From positions 1,248,001 through 1,312,000 of the forward strand of contig CAXXQS010000001.1 in NCBI GenBank assembly GCA_963674735.2: a DNA stretch of 64,000 nucleotides, given 5' to 3'. The first letter of the stretch is position 1; every line of letters starts with the position of its first letter. The stretch is from Myxococcota bacterium (GTDB taxonomy: Bacteria; Myxococcota_A; SURF-8). Shown here piece by piece: positions 28,909 through 39,197 of the stretch. The notes under the pieces are model-generated. The model did no database searches. It was not told the DNA's origin and was given only the letters and a program-made list of their open reading frames with translations. Both the position numbers and the translations under genes were made by a program.

Positions 28909-30702
28909 ATGGCAATCGATGAGCGCATTCAAGAGGCGGTAACGGCAGGAAAGCTTTCCGAGACGGCAGCGTACAACCTGTCACGCTGGATGACGGAAGC
29001 GCGATTCGTCGAATATCGCGATACGTTGGAAAGTTGGATCACCGAAAATCGATGGAGCGACTTAAACGAAGCATTCTACCAGTTGATTCCTTTCGGAACC
29101 GGTGGACGCCGTGGGCCGGTGGGGCTTGGCACCAACCGTATGAACCGTATGACCATCGCGGAATCCGTTCAGGGAGTCGCCAACAAACTTCGGAAAACCG
29201 TTATCGGAAGGCGGCCGAAAGTGGTGGTGGCCTATGATACGCGCACGACATCCGCCGAATTTACACTCGAAAGCGCTTGTGTGCTGGCGGGCAATGATAT
29301 TGAGGTTTACCTCTTCGACGGTCCGCGTTCGACTCCGGAGTTGTCGTTTATGATTAACGATCTGAGTTGCGATGCCGGAGTTGTCATCTCGGCCAGTCAC
29401 AATCCTCCCGAAGACAATGGTTTCAAGGCCTACTGGACGGACGGGGGGCAAGTGGTTCCGCCGATGGATGCCGAGTTGATCGAAGAAGTGAAAAACGTAA
29501 GCGAAATCCGCAAGATTTCATTTGAACAAGCATACGGTGAGGGACTGATTCACCGCTTGGGTGCCGCAGATGATGCACGTTACATCGACGCGTTGCTCAA
29601 GCAGAGTCTGTCCGACAAACGGGATGTGCGTATCGTGTTCTCTCCTCTGCATGGTACCGGACTGACTTCGGTTTTACCATTGATGAAGCAGGCCGGATTC
29701 ACCGATGTCCACTTGGTCGAGAGCCAGAAGGATCCCGATGGGCGTTTTCCCAATGTGCCGAACCATAAACCCAACCCGGAAGTGACGACCGGGCTGGATG
29801 CGTCGATTGCATTGGCCAAAGCCATTGACGCGGATATCGTTATGGTCACCGATCCCGATGCCGATCGGCTTGGATGTGCGGTGAAGGGACGAACTCCGGG
29901 CGAATATACGTTGTTGACCGGCAATCAATGTGCGGCATTGATGATGGAATTCATCGGTTCGAAGATGCAGGCGGCTGGTACTTTGCGCCCGGAACTGCGG
30001 GTTTATTCCACTTGCGTTTCGTCGCCGTTGATGCCCACGATTGCACGGACATACGGCTGTGACGTCAAAGACGATCTGCTGGTAGGCTTCAAATGGGTGG
30101 CCGAGCAGATTAAATTGCAAGGGGATCCCAACGATTTCCTATTTGGATCAGAGGAATCGATCGGGTTTATGAAGGGGTCGCAAACTCGCGACAAAGACGG
30201 AGCAATGGGAGCCTTGATGTTTTCCGAATTGGCGGCTGAGGCAAAGGCGGATGGGCTGACGGTTCTGGACGTGCTCGATAATATCTACAAAAAGTACGGT
30301 TATTTTTGCGATACCGGTATTGCCGTTTTCCTGGAGGGTGCCTCGGGGGCCGAGCGTATGGGACGCATCATGGAGGCATTGCGCCAAACTCCACCATCCG
30401 AAATCGCCGGTCATGCGGTTGTCCAGGTGGTTGATCGAGCCGACAATACCATTAAAAACGCTCAGGGAAAAGTCATTGATAAAGTGTCGGGGCCAACCAG
30501 TAATCTGTTGATTTTCCGTTTGCGTGAGGACGCGAAGAGCTGGATTGCGATCCGTCCCTCCGGAACCGAACCGAAGATCAAATTCTACTTCAGTCTTTAC
30601 GCGGAGGTCGGGGCTGATTTGGCGACCTTGAAGGATTCGCAAACCGGCGAATTAAAAAGACTTGCGTCCGCCGTTCGAGAACTGGCCTTGGCGATCGATT
30701 GA
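28909..30702 (+). CDS. Phosphoglucomutase/phosphomannomutase (alpha-D-phosphohexomutase)
   Basis: FGTGGRRG, ISASHNP, DPDADR, GSEESIG, RPSGTEPKIK. Confidence 0.95.
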   Translation: MAIDERIQEAVTAGKLSETAAYNLSRWMTEARFVEYRDTLESWITENRWSDLNEAFYQLIPFGTGGRRGPVGLGTNRMNRMTIAESVQGVANKLRKTVIGRRPKVVVAYDTRTTSAEFTLESACVLAGNDIEVYLFDGPRSTPELSFMINDLSCDAGVVISASHNPPEDNGFKAYWTDGGQVVPPMDAELIEEVKNVSEIRKISFEQAYGEGLIHRLGAADDARYIDALLKQSLSDKRDVRIVFSPLHGTGLTSVLPLMKQAGFTDVHLVESQKDPDGRFPNVPNHKPNPEVTTGLDASIALAKAIDADIVMVTDPDADRLGCAVKGRTPGEYTLLTGNQCAALMMEFIGSKMQAAGTLRPELRVYSTCVSSPLMPTIARTYGCDVKDDLLVGFKWVAEQIKLQGDPNDFLFGSEESIGFMKGSQTRDKDGAMGALMFSELAAEAKADGLTVLDVLDNIYKKYGYFCDTGIAVFLEGASGAERMGRIMEALRQTPPSEIAGHAVVQVVDRADNTIKNAQGKVIDKVSGPTSNLLIFRLREDAKSWIAIRPSGTEPKIKFYFSLYAEVGADLATLKDSQTGELKRLASAVRELALAID

Positions 30703-30764
30703 TGCTTGCAGCCTGTCGAGGATCATCGACTTTCGACTGCTGTAACAACCTGAAATGTTAGGTG

Positions 30765-30816
30765 AAAAAGACCCGCCCCCACCTGCAAGACAGCTCGCAG
30801 GAAGGGGCGAGTTTTT
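30765..30816. terminator. Bidirectional terminator between convergent genes
   Basis: aaaaagacccgcccc...ggggcgagttttt long stem with A and T tracts on both sides. Confidence 0.65.
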
Positions 30817-30835
30817 ATTGGAACGGTGTTTGGAC

Positions 30836-32338
30836 CTAATCTTCCAGATACTCTCCGTTAAACCAACCTAGGGATTCCATGGCATCCCAGGCCGCCGGTC
30901 CACCGGGCAACCCCGGCCCCATCAATAGTTCGTATTCGATAAGGCGATTGGTTGGATCGGCGGCGATATCGTCGGGGTCTATCAAATAACCCAGTTCATC
31001 ATTTCCCAATCCGACAATAAAGCTTGTCGGACTCACCATGCGATCCCGAAGTTTGAGTGAATAGGTGGGTGAGCCTTCTCCGGGGAAACTGGCGAATTCG
31101 GCTGGCCCCAGTTTGTGCCAAGAAACCTCGAGTTCATCGGCAATCACGCTGTCTCCTTCGCGAGTGAAGGAACGTTTGGGCATGTCAAAGTATTTCAGCG
31201 CGTCGAGAATGTATCCACCCTCTACTTTGCAGGGGTAAACTTTATGACGGTGACGGATGTCGAACTGGTCCGCCTCGACGAGCTCTTCCTGAATAGCCAG
31301 TGCGGTTTCCGCAATGATTCCACCGAGATTGTAGGCTTTCTCATAATCGTCGGCTCCGGTGGCTTCTCCGCTTCTCGGGCCTCCGTGAACGGCGGCGCAG
31401 AAGCCTTGAATAAACAAGCCTTCTCCACCGGTCAAGGCTTTGATCTCCGAACGGAAACCGTAGACAAAATCAGCCGAAGCAAGATTATCGTTCCAAGGGA
31501 GCTGAGTCGGGTGTTTGGCATAATTGGCCGTGGTAAGCAAAATATCGCCATTTAAATCTTGGACCTGCAAGACGGCCATCTCGTTGTCGACAACGCCACT
31601 GCAGCAGCCGTCATCGCGACCGGTGAATCCGACCAATTCGGTCATTCCGAAAAGGAGCTTGGCCTCCGTCAGTGAGTCGGCGGCTGTTACCGCCGCCTCG
31701 ACGATTCCGTCGGAAACGAATTCCAGTAAGTCGACGGAGACACCCTCGCCGAGATCCTGCCAAAAGCCGAGAAGATCCGTGGATGTATGGCTGTGGGTGG
31801 AACTGATCAGGATATCGAAGGGAGAGAGAGGCACGATTTCTTCCAAAGCGGCGCTGATGCGTTGACGCACCTCGCGGATGCCAGGTCCGCCATCGGGGCC
31901 GAACTCGTAAAAATAGCCCGCCGCGTCCACTCCGATCAGCATGAAGGCTTGTCCTGCGTCATTGACGAAAAGGGCGACCTGAGCCATCAGGGGATCGTGT
32001 ACGCCTTCAATGGCGCGGTGTACGCCGGGAATACCATATCCGCCAAGCAAACCCGTTTCACCCGGTGTGATGTCGGATTCACCATACCCGAAATAAAATA
32101 GTGTGGGATCGATCGGAGGCGTTTCTTGGTCGTCGTCCGCATCGCCATCTACACTCGCTTCATTCTCAAGGGTGTCGGTCGAGTCGCTATCGCCATCGAT
32201 AGGCGTTGCATCATCGCCCGAACAAGCCGAGACAATCAAAAGAGTGATGATCAAGGTTAGCAAACAGAATAAAGGGGAGGTGAAAGAAAGGGGCTTAACG
32301 GGCAGGTATTTCCTACCGGTAGGACTGGATAGGGACAT
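30836..32338 (-). CDS. Neutral/alkaline ceramidase-like lipoprotein
   Basis: Lipobox IVSAC, DGD linker, DITP..LGGYG, GVHDPLMA, STHSHTS, NYAKHPT, FPGE, GLGNDELGY. Confidence 0.72.
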   Translation of the reverse strand: MSLSSPTGRKYLPVKPLSFTSPLFCLLTLIITLLIVSACSGDDATPIDGDSDSTDTLENEASVDGDADDDQETPPIDPTLFYFGYGESDITPGETGLLGGYGIPGVHRAIEGVHDPLMAQVALFVNDAGQAFMLIGVDAAGYFYEFGPDGGPGIREVRQRISAALEEIVPLSPFDILISSTHSHTSTDLLGFWQDLGEGVSVDLLEFVSDGIVEAAVTAADSLTEAKLLFGMTELVGFTGRDDGCCSGVVDNEMAVLQVQDLNGDILLTTANYAKHPTQLPWNDNLASADFVYGFRSEIKALTGGEGLFIQGFCAAVHGGPRSGEATGADDYEKAYNLGGIIAETALAIQEELVEADQFDIRHRHKVYPCKVEGGYILDALKYFDMPKRSFTREGDSVIADELEVSWHKLGPAEFASFPGEGSPTYSLKLRDRMVSPTSFIVGLGNDELGYLIDPDDIAADPTNRLIEYELLMGPGLPGGPAAWDAMESLGWFNGEYLED

Positions 32339-32595
32339 ATCAGTTTCTCCATTTCCGCGTGAGCATTACAACCAGATCAACATTCGCGTGAGCATGACTA
32401 CCTACGAAGAGATTCTAGCGACCAAAGGTTGACGGGTCAATCTAATAGTGAATTCACTGGAGTTTGATCTTGGCAGGGCTGCTTGACAAAAAGCTTTGCC
32501 AGCGCCTATCATGCGCCTTCAAGAGAAGGTTAATTCGAGCTTGTTAATGCCTGAAAACGCTTTCTTTCAGATTGAAAAAAGGCTGCAATTTGATC

Positions 32596-34116
32596 ATGGT
32601 GATTGAAAACGAAACATCGAAACACAGGCTTTTCGCCTCGACCAAGTTGCTCAGTGTTGCTTCTGCGTTTGTACTTTTATCGATTTGGGAACTTTGGATT
32701 ATCTGGAGCAATAAATACCTGCCCATGATCGATTTGCCGGGGCATATGGCGCAGGTGGCCGTCTGGCTTCGACTTGGGGAGGTGGATTATCCCTTTTCAG
32801 AGCGTTTTCAGACCATGTGGTTTCAGCCTTATTTGTTGGCCTATGCCCTGACTCGTCTCTTTGCCGAAGTATTGCCGCTTGTATATGCGCAGAAGGTAGT
32901 TATTACGCTATCGACGGTGGGACTTCCTTTGTCGATGGCTTACCTCCTCAAGCGGCTTGGCCGAGATCCCGTGTGGGCCTTGTTTGGCTTTGCGATATCA
33001 CTCAACTATTCGTTCTACTTCGGTTTCATCAGTTATAGCTTGAGCCTACCGCTGGGTATCATCGTCCTGGGATTATGGATAGAGTATTTAAAATTCCCCT
33101 CAACGACGTACTCACTGGCCCTGATATTGACAACGCTCCTGTTGTCCCTCTCTCATGCTCTTGCTTTCGCTCTGTTTTTAGGACTGGCCGGAGTGTACAC
33201 CCTGGCCGAGACTCGGCGCTTGTCCGACATCGGGCGGTTGATCGTTGTATCCGCGGGGGGGCTGTTTTTCATTGCCATGTGGCAGATCATCGTACAAAGC
33301 GGTGCATCCGCAGGGCGCTCGGCGATCGAGTGGCAACTTGGCTGGCAGCGTATTCTTGAACTACCGACCTACCTATTGAGTGCGACGCCTTCAGAGCGTT
33401 TGGCCACGTTCGCCGGATTTGGGTTATTTGTTTTGCCATTCCTGTTCGGTGCCCGCCTCAGCCGTAAAAAGGGTGTGTGGGCCATGTGGCTTGCGGCGGT
33501 AGTGTTGTTTTTTCTGTCGCCGGTTTATCTGCTTAAAGCTCACTACATTTATTGTCGCTTTGCCGTCCCGGTTTTTATCTTATCGTTGCTTGTACTGGAC
33601 ATTTCCTTGGCGGGTGCAAAACGTCGTTTAGCTACGGCGTTGGTGACGGCAACTGTGGCTGCCTGGTTCTTGATGATTTCGTTTCGTTTTTCGGGATTCA
33701 ACTCCGAGGCGTGCCAAGTCGATGGCATTATCGAGGATATGCAGCCCGAACGCCGTGCGGTGGTTTTGCTGTTTGAAACGCATAGCTTATGGTTGACGAG
33801 TTTCAGTTACGGACATTTTGGGTCGACGTATACGATAGAAAAAGACGGTTTGGCCGATTATTCTTTCTTTTCGTACAACGAAATGCCGATTCATTACCGG
33901 CGAGAGTGGGTTCCCCAATCCGCCGGTTTTCGCTTCCACCTCAATCCGCGTCAATTCGATTATCCGAATTTTGCCGATTACGATTATTTCATGATCCGTT
34001 CTGCCTATGATCTTGGCTCAAAACTCTTTCGTGAACATCTCGGCCGGGTTCGTTTGATCAAACGAAGCGGACAATGGTGGCTCTATGAAAACCTCCCAAT
34101 ATCAAAGAGCGGCTAG
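32596..34116 (+). CDS. Polytopic membrane protein, GT-C-type glycosyltransferase-like
   Basis: PMIDLPGH loop after the first TM, about 10 hydrophobic segments, soluble C-terminus. TTGACA-18-TATCAT at 32483-32512. Start uncertain (32572 or 32596). Confidence 0.6.
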   Translation: MVIENETSKHRLFASTKLLSVASAFVLLSIWELWIIWSNKYLPMIDLPGHMAQVAVWLRLGEVDYPFSERFQTMWFQPYLLAYALTRLFAEVLPLVYAQKVVITLSTVGLPLSMAYLLKRLGRDPVWALFGFAISLNYSFYFGFISYSLSLPLGIIVLGLWIEYLKFPSTTYSLALILTTLLLSLSHALAFALFLGLAGVYTLAETRRLSDIGRLIVVSAGGLFFIAMWQIIVQSGASAGRSAIEWQLGWQRILELPTYLLSATPSERLATFAGFGLFVLPFLFGARLSRKKGVWAMWLAAVVLFFLSPVYLLKAHYIYCRFAVPVFILSLLVLDISLAGAKRRLATALVTATVAAWFLMISFRFSGFNSEACQVDGIIEDMQPERRAVVLLFETHSLWLTSFSYGHFGSTYTIEKDGLADYSFFSYNEMPIHYRREWVPQSAGFRFHLNPRQFDYPNFADYDYFMIRSAYDLGSKLFREHLGRVRLIKRSGQWWLYENLPISKSG

Positions 34117-34228
34117 AGAAAATTCTGTTGTTTGCAACCCATTGACTTCCTTTGCCAAACGGGTATGATGGCGCGGTGCTGAGATGGACTTGAAGCTGTT
34201 TACTCGCTAACGTTCAACATGGAAAGGA

Positions 34229-35722
34229 ATGCCCATGTCCAGTTCTATATGCGATCTGAAACCCACTTTGCTGTGGTCGTATTTCGATCAGATTTGCCGT
34301 ATCCCGCATGGTTCGAAAAATGAGTTTGAGATCATGCGTTATCTGGCCGAAGAAGGCAAAAAACTGGGAGCAGAAGTCCGTGAAGACAGCACGGGTAATG
34401 TTTGTCTGGCCATCCCGGCTACTTCCGGTTATGAAAACGCCCCGACGGTCATCTTGCAAGGCCACGTGGACATGGTGTGCGAAAAACGCGCCGGATTCAC
34501 CTTCGATTTCGAAAAAGAAAGCATCCGGCCGGTGATTGATGGCGAGTGGGTTCGCGCCGATAATACAACCCTGGGATCCGACAACGGGATTGGAGTGGCG
34601 GCAGCCATGGCCGTCGCCGCCGACAAACAACTCCAACACGGACCGCTCGAATTGTTGTTCACCGTAGATGAGGAGACCGGCCTGACCGGAGCCATGGGTC
34701 TCGATCCCAAATTGATTTCAGGCAAGATTCTGATCAATATGGACAGCGAAGAAGACGGAATGCTTTATGTCGGCTGTGCGGGTGGTCAGCATCTCGAAAC
34801 GCGGTTGCCGTTGATCGTGGAGCCGACCCCCGCCGGGTATGTCGGTTTGCGCATCGAGGTGTCCGGGCTTTTAGGCGGGCATTCGGGGTGCGATATTCAT
34901 CTCAATCGTGCAAACGCCGTCAAGTTGCTGGCCCGATCGTTGCGAGCCTTGTTGATTCCTGCCGTCGAAGGGGGGTTCGAAAACGAGATTCGCGTGGTAT
35001 CCATCAATGCAGGCACCGCTCATAACGCCATTCCCCGGGATGGCGAAACCGTTATTGCCGTTGCTTCAGAACGAGTCGATTGGGCGATTCAGGCTGTCGA
35101 AAATCTAAACGAGGCGTTTCGACGTGAGTTCGCATTGGATGAAGAACTGCTCGTCAAAGTGACGCGTGCCGACGTGTCGAATCGCGTTTTCACCCCGGAA
35201 GTGGCTCGACGCATCGGCGGGATGCTGCTTGGGTTTCACAATGGTGTGTTCGCTATGAGCCGGGATATAGACGGGCTGGTTGAAACATCGAACAGTTTGG
35301 CCGTTGCCCGCACATCGGATGATGAATTCTACGCACTGAACAGTAGCCGTTCGTCCAGTGTTGAAGGGCTCATACAAATACTGGATCAAAACGAAGGAGT
35401 GGCGCTGTTGGCTGGCGCACATTCGGAACGGTTGGACGGCTATCCGGGATGGCAGCCGAACATGGACTCGAAAATTCTCCAGCTTATGATCCAAAAATTC
35501 AAAGAAAAGTATGAGAAAGAACCGATCATTACCGCGATACATGCCGGTCTTGAATGTGGGTTGATCGGTGAACACTTCAAGGAAATGGATATGGTGAGCT
35601 TTGGTCCCGAGATCCGGAATCCCCACTCACCGGATGAAAAGGTCTGGATTCCTTCCGTCGAACGCTTCTATGACCTGTTGCAGGATACCCTGAAGGCGAT
35701 AGCGGAAGGGGATTACCGGTAA
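34229..35722 (+). CDS. pepD: Aminoacyl-histidine dipeptidase (M20C)
   Basis: LQGHVDMVCEK, TLGSDNGIG, TVDEETGL, NMDSEE, GGHSG, IHAGLECG, HSPDE. Confidence 0.95.
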   Translation: MPMSSSICDLKPTLLWSYFDQICRIPHGSKNEFEIMRYLAEEGKKLGAEVREDSTGNVCLAIPATSGYENAPTVILQGHVDMVCEKRAGFTFDFEKESIRPVIDGEWVRADNTTLGSDNGIGVAAAMAVAADKQLQHGPLELLFTVDEETGLTGAMGLDPKLISGKILINMDSEEDGMLYVGCAGGQHLETRLPLIVEPTPAGYVGLRIEVSGLLGGHSGCDIHLNRANAVKLLARSLRALLIPAVEGGFENEIRVVSINAGTAHNAIPRDGETVIAVASERVDWAIQAVENLNEAFRREFALDEELLVKVTRADVSNRVFTPEVARRIGGMLLGFHNGVFAMSRDIDGLVETSNSLAVARTSDDEFYALNSSRSSSVEGLIQILDQNEGVALLAGAHSERLDGYPGWQPNMDSKILQLMIQKFKEKYEKEPIITAIHAGLECGLIGEHFKEMDMVSFGPEIRNPHSPDEKVWIPSVERFYDLLQDTLKAIAEGDYR

Positions 35723-35747
35723 ACGCTTCCATTTTTGGATTTGAATG

Positions 35748-35777
35748 AAAAAAGGCCGGGCGATTGTCCGGCCTTTT
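35748..35777 (+). terminator. Intrinsic terminator after pepD
   Basis: aaaaggccggg-cgattg-tccggcctttt. Confidence 0.75.
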
Positions 35778-35823
35778 CCTTTGGTGGACGAGATTTTTGC
35801 TCCTTTATTTCCAGCGTTTCAAC

Positions 35824-35870
35824 TTGACAGGCAACAATTTGCTCGATACACTGGCTGGTGGTAATACCAG
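35824..35870 (+). promoter_or_regulatory. sigma70 promoter with FadR-subfamily operator
   Basis: TTGACA(35824)-17-TACACT(35847), followed at the predicted start site by the palindrome TGGT-AAT-ACCA (35859-35869), which matches the PdhR/LldR/GlcC-type TGGTnnnACCA box. Confidence 0.75.
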
Positions 35871-35932
35871 TTGCCGCCGAGAGGCGTAAGCTTAGTATTC
35901 AATCACTATCACGAACGGACATCGATGAAAAT

Positions 35933-36670
35933 ATGCTGAAAGTGAAACTCGAACCGATAGAAGCGCGCAATTTAAAAGATGTTTTCATCGAAAAGATGGA
36001 GCGTATGATCATTTCCGGGGAACTCCCGGTTGGCGACAAACTTCCGTCAGAGCGAGAGTTGGCCGCGATGTTGGGGGTGAGTCGCCCGGTCGTTCATGAA
36101 GGACTGGTTGAGATGCATCGGCGTGGATTCGTCGAAATGCTTCCCCGTCACGGTGCGCGTGTTATCGATTATCGACGTAGCGGCTCTTTGGCCATGCTTT
36201 TGTCATTGTTTCGGTATGACGAAGGCAACGTTTCCGATGATCTGCTCGATAGTTTGCTGGATACTCGGTTTTTAGTTGAAGTCGAAGTTGCCCGCCTGGC
36301 TGCACTCAATCGCAGTGACCAAGATCTTGAAGATCTTAAAGAGATTCATTCCAGAGAACTGAGTCGAGAGTGGCAACCGCCCAGGGATGTTGCGATGGTT
36401 GACTTTGAATTCCATCATCAATTGGCCATGTGCACCCGTAACAGGGTTTATCCGATGTTCATGAACAGCTTCAGGCCGATTTACATCAATCTGGCCGCCA
36501 AGTTTTTTGCCGATAGCGGCGCATCGGATGACGTCTATCTGTTGCATGAAAAGATGATAACAGCTGTTGAAGCTAAAGACGCCGATGCGGCTGTCAGGAT
36601 TATGCACGAAACCTTGGTTCAGGGCCGCGATATTCTGAAGGCCATGCTTTTGAAACCGAAAGGACACTGA
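35933..36670 (+). CDS. GntR/FadR-family transcriptional regulator
   Basis: GDKLPSERELAAMLGVSRPVVHEGL wHTH and FCD domain DFEFHHQLA. Start moved to ATG 35933 because GTG 35858 lies inside the operator. Confidence 0.93.
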   Translation: MLKVKLEPIEARNLKDVFIEKMERMIISGELPVGDKLPSERELAAMLGVSRPVVHEGLVEMHRRGFVEMLPRHGARVIDYRRSGSLAMLLSLFRYDEGNVSDDLLDSLLDTRFLVEVEVARLAALNRSDQDLEDLKEIHSRELSREWQPPRDVAMVDFEFHHQLAMCTRNRVYPMFMNSFRPIYINLAAKFFADSGASDDVYLLHEKMITAVEAKDADAAVRIMHETLVQGRDILKAMLLKPKGH

Positions 36671-36671
36671 A

Positions 36672-39188
36672 ATGAGCGTCGCAACCGCCGAAAAACGTCC
36701 CGTGGAGATCAAACAGCCTCAAGGCCTCTCAGCACGCATCCAGTGGCTGCGAGACTACTATTTCAAGGGGAACGACCGCGCATGGAACAACGAGTTCACC
36801 GCTTGGTCAACCGGCACGGACTGGGATACCCAATGGAACGAGCTTAATTTCTATATCGTTCCGGAAAACTATCTGTTGATGCAGACCTTCGTATCGTCAT
36901 TCAAACAGGCGGCCAAACCGGTCAAACTGCATCCCGATTTCTGGCGTTGGAGTATTGCCGAACGGCGGGCCTGGTTCAACCGTGAGGTCGTGACCAACTA
37001 CCTGCCGCACGAGATTCTCCCCGGTGACCTGCTGGCGGGAGCGCGCTTCAATTTGCAAACCTCGCTGTGTTTGGACAAGAAGGAAGCAAAACGGCATCAG
37101 AAACTGATAAAAGGAAAGCATGGGGCTCGTTACGCGGTGAAATGGTTTCATGATCACGGTTACGGCAATTGCGGCCCTACGGCCGGTCACCTGATTCCCA
37201 ACCACGAGCAGGCGCTCGTTATCGGTTGGAAGGGGATCCACGCCGATCTCGCCAGAAGGCTCGAATCATTGACGCCGGTCGAACGAAAAAGTTCGCGTGG
37301 TCAACAACTTCGCGCCATGATGACGGCCGCAACGATGCCGCGCGATTTGGCCGCCAAATATGCCGAGGTCTGTCGCAAGCAGGCTGCGGATGAAAAAGAT
37401 GAAACACGCAAAACCGAGCTTGAACAAATGGCTCGAAACCTGGCGCGGGTTCCCTGGGAGCCGGCCGAAAATTTCTGGGAAGCCGTTCAAGCGTTGTGGA
37501 TCAATCATATGCTGATTATGTCTGACGAAAACTACCCGGGCCCCGGTGTCAGTTTTGGACGCATCGATCAGTATCTGCTGCCTTATTGGCGTCGGTCGAT
37601 CGAAGAGGGTATGGATCGAGAGTTCGGTAAAGAGATGCTTAAATGTTTCTTTGTGCATGCCAACACCGCTTACGATGCCTTGATTCGTGCTGGAAACCAG
37701 GGTATCACCGCTGGTTTCGGGCAGTTGATCACCTTGGGAGGGCTTGGGGCCGACAATCAGGATATGACCAACGAACTGACCTACGTGTTTCTTGAGGTCA
37801 TCGATGAGATGTCGCCGATTCTCGAACCCAAACCCAATGTCCGCTTGCATCGTCAAACTCCCGAGGAGTTGATGGACAAGGTGACGGATATGGTGGCGTC
37901 TTGCCAAGGAGCCCCGTTTTTGCTGAATTTCGACGAGCGTTCGATGGCCGGTATGATGCGAGAAGCCAAACAGGCCGGACTGGAAAACCTGATCAATGAA
38001 CACAATGTACACGACTATGCACCGGTAGGCTGTCTTGAGAATACCATGGTTGGAAACGATCGATCCGGGACGGTCGATTGCAACCTCAACCTGCTGAAGG
38101 CGGTCGAGCTGGCTTTGACAGGCGGGCGTGATCTACTGAAGGTGGTGGATCCCATCACCGGCAAAGTGGACCCGGTCGAGCAGGATGGCCCGGCCACCGG
38201 CGATGCTACGACGTTCACGGATTTCGAACACTATTTCGAGGCTTATGCCGAGCAAACACGCTATATAATCAAACGTTGCGTTGGGTTATACGATATCAGT
38301 GAAAGCATCCGCGCCACCTTCAATCCCACTCCCTATTTGTCCTGTCTGGTGAAAGGATGCGCCGAAAAGGGCCGTGATATCACGAACGGTGGACCGGAAA
38401 TCAATCTGGTCACCCTCGAAGCCGTTACGTTTGCCACAACTGTGGACTCTTTGCTGGCCATCAAGTATCTGGTTTTCGATACCCAAGCCTGCACGATGGC
38501 GGAATTGATCCAGGCGCTGAAAGACAACTGGGAGGGACACGAGGTCTTGCAGGCGCGGGCCAAGTACAAGGCACCCAAGTATGGCCGCGATGATGACGAA
38601 GCCGATGCCATGGCTCGGCGCGTGATGGACCTGTGGACAGGCGAGTCATGGAAACATCGCACAACCGTGACGAATCGGCAGTTCCGACCGGGCATGCTCA
38701 GTTGGAATTACTGGGTGGGTGACGGATATGTGATGGCCGCCAGCCCGGACGGACGTCCCAAGGGCCAGTTTCTATCCAATGCCATCTGTCCGTCAAACGG
38801 GGCGGATATCAACGGGCCCACCTCGAACTCGAATTCGGTGGGGAAGGTGTTGGGTGGAAAATCGGTGGAAGGTGAGGGCGATTGGAACGGTTATCTGAAT
38901 AGCCTGCCCAATGGCGCCAGCCATACGATTACGTTCAACCCATCGATCATCAAGGATCCGGAGCACCGAACGAAGTTCAAGTCATTCTTGCGAGGTTATG
39001 CGGAAAATGGCGGAACCGCACTGCAAATAAACATGCTGGATGTCGATATGCTCAAGGATGCGCAGCAGAGACCGCAGGACTATCGGCATTTGTTGGTACG
39101 CGTCACCGGTTACAATGCCTACTTCACTTCGATTGGTCGCGAGCTTCAAAATGAGGTTATCGCACGACTCAGCCACGATCAGTTTTAG
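36672..39188 (+). CDS. Glycyl radical enzyme, non-PFL eliminase-like class, substrate unknown
   Basis: 838 aa. GRIDQYL, Cys loop PVGCLE (single Cys), ASPDGR, Gly loop LLVRVTGY. Confidence 0.92.
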   Translation: MSVATAEKRPVEIKQPQGLSARIQWLRDYYFKGNDRAWNNEFTAWSTGTDWDTQWNELNFYIVPENYLLMQTFVSSFKQAAKPVKLHPDFWRWSIAERRAWFNREVVTNYLPHEILPGDLLAGARFNLQTSLCLDKKEAKRHQKLIKGKHGARYAVKWFHDHGYGNCGPTAGHLIPNHEQALVIGWKGIHADLARRLESLTPVERKSSRGQQLRAMMTAATMPRDLAAKYAEVCRKQAADEKDETRKTELEQMARNLARVPWEPAENFWEAVQALWINHMLIMSDENYPGPGVSFGRIDQYLLPYWRRSIEEGMDREFGKEMLKCFFVHANTAYDALIRAGNQGITAGFGQLITLGGLGADNQDMTNELTYVFLEVIDEMSPILEPKPNVRLHRQTPEELMDKVTDMVASCQGAPFLLNFDERSMAGMMREAKQAGLENLINEHNVHDYAPVGCLENTMVGNDRSGTVDCNLNLLKAVELALTGGRDLLKVVDPITGKVDPVEQDGPATGDATTFTDFEHYFEAYAEQTRYIIKRCVGLYDISESIRATFNPTPYLSCLVKGCAEKGRDITNGGPEINLVTLEAVTFATTVDSLLAIKYLVFDTQACTMAELIQALKDNWEGHEVLQARAKYKAPKYGRDDDEADAMARRVMDLWTGESWKHRTTVTNRQFRPGMLSWNYWVGDGYVMAASPDGRPKGQFLSNAICPSNGADINGPTSNSNSVGKVLGGKSVEGEGDWNGYLNSLPNGASHTITFNPSIIKDPEHRTKFKSFLRGYAENGGTALQINMLDVDMLKDAQQRPQDYRHLLVRVTGYNAYFTSIGRELQNEVIARLSHDQF

Positions 39189-39197
39189 GAGGCGCAG

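Noticed and set aside
36672-39188. Annotation as pyruvate formate-lyase (pflB)
   Set aside because: Lacks the adjacent Cys-Cys pair, and the activase has a ferredoxin insert absent from PflA.
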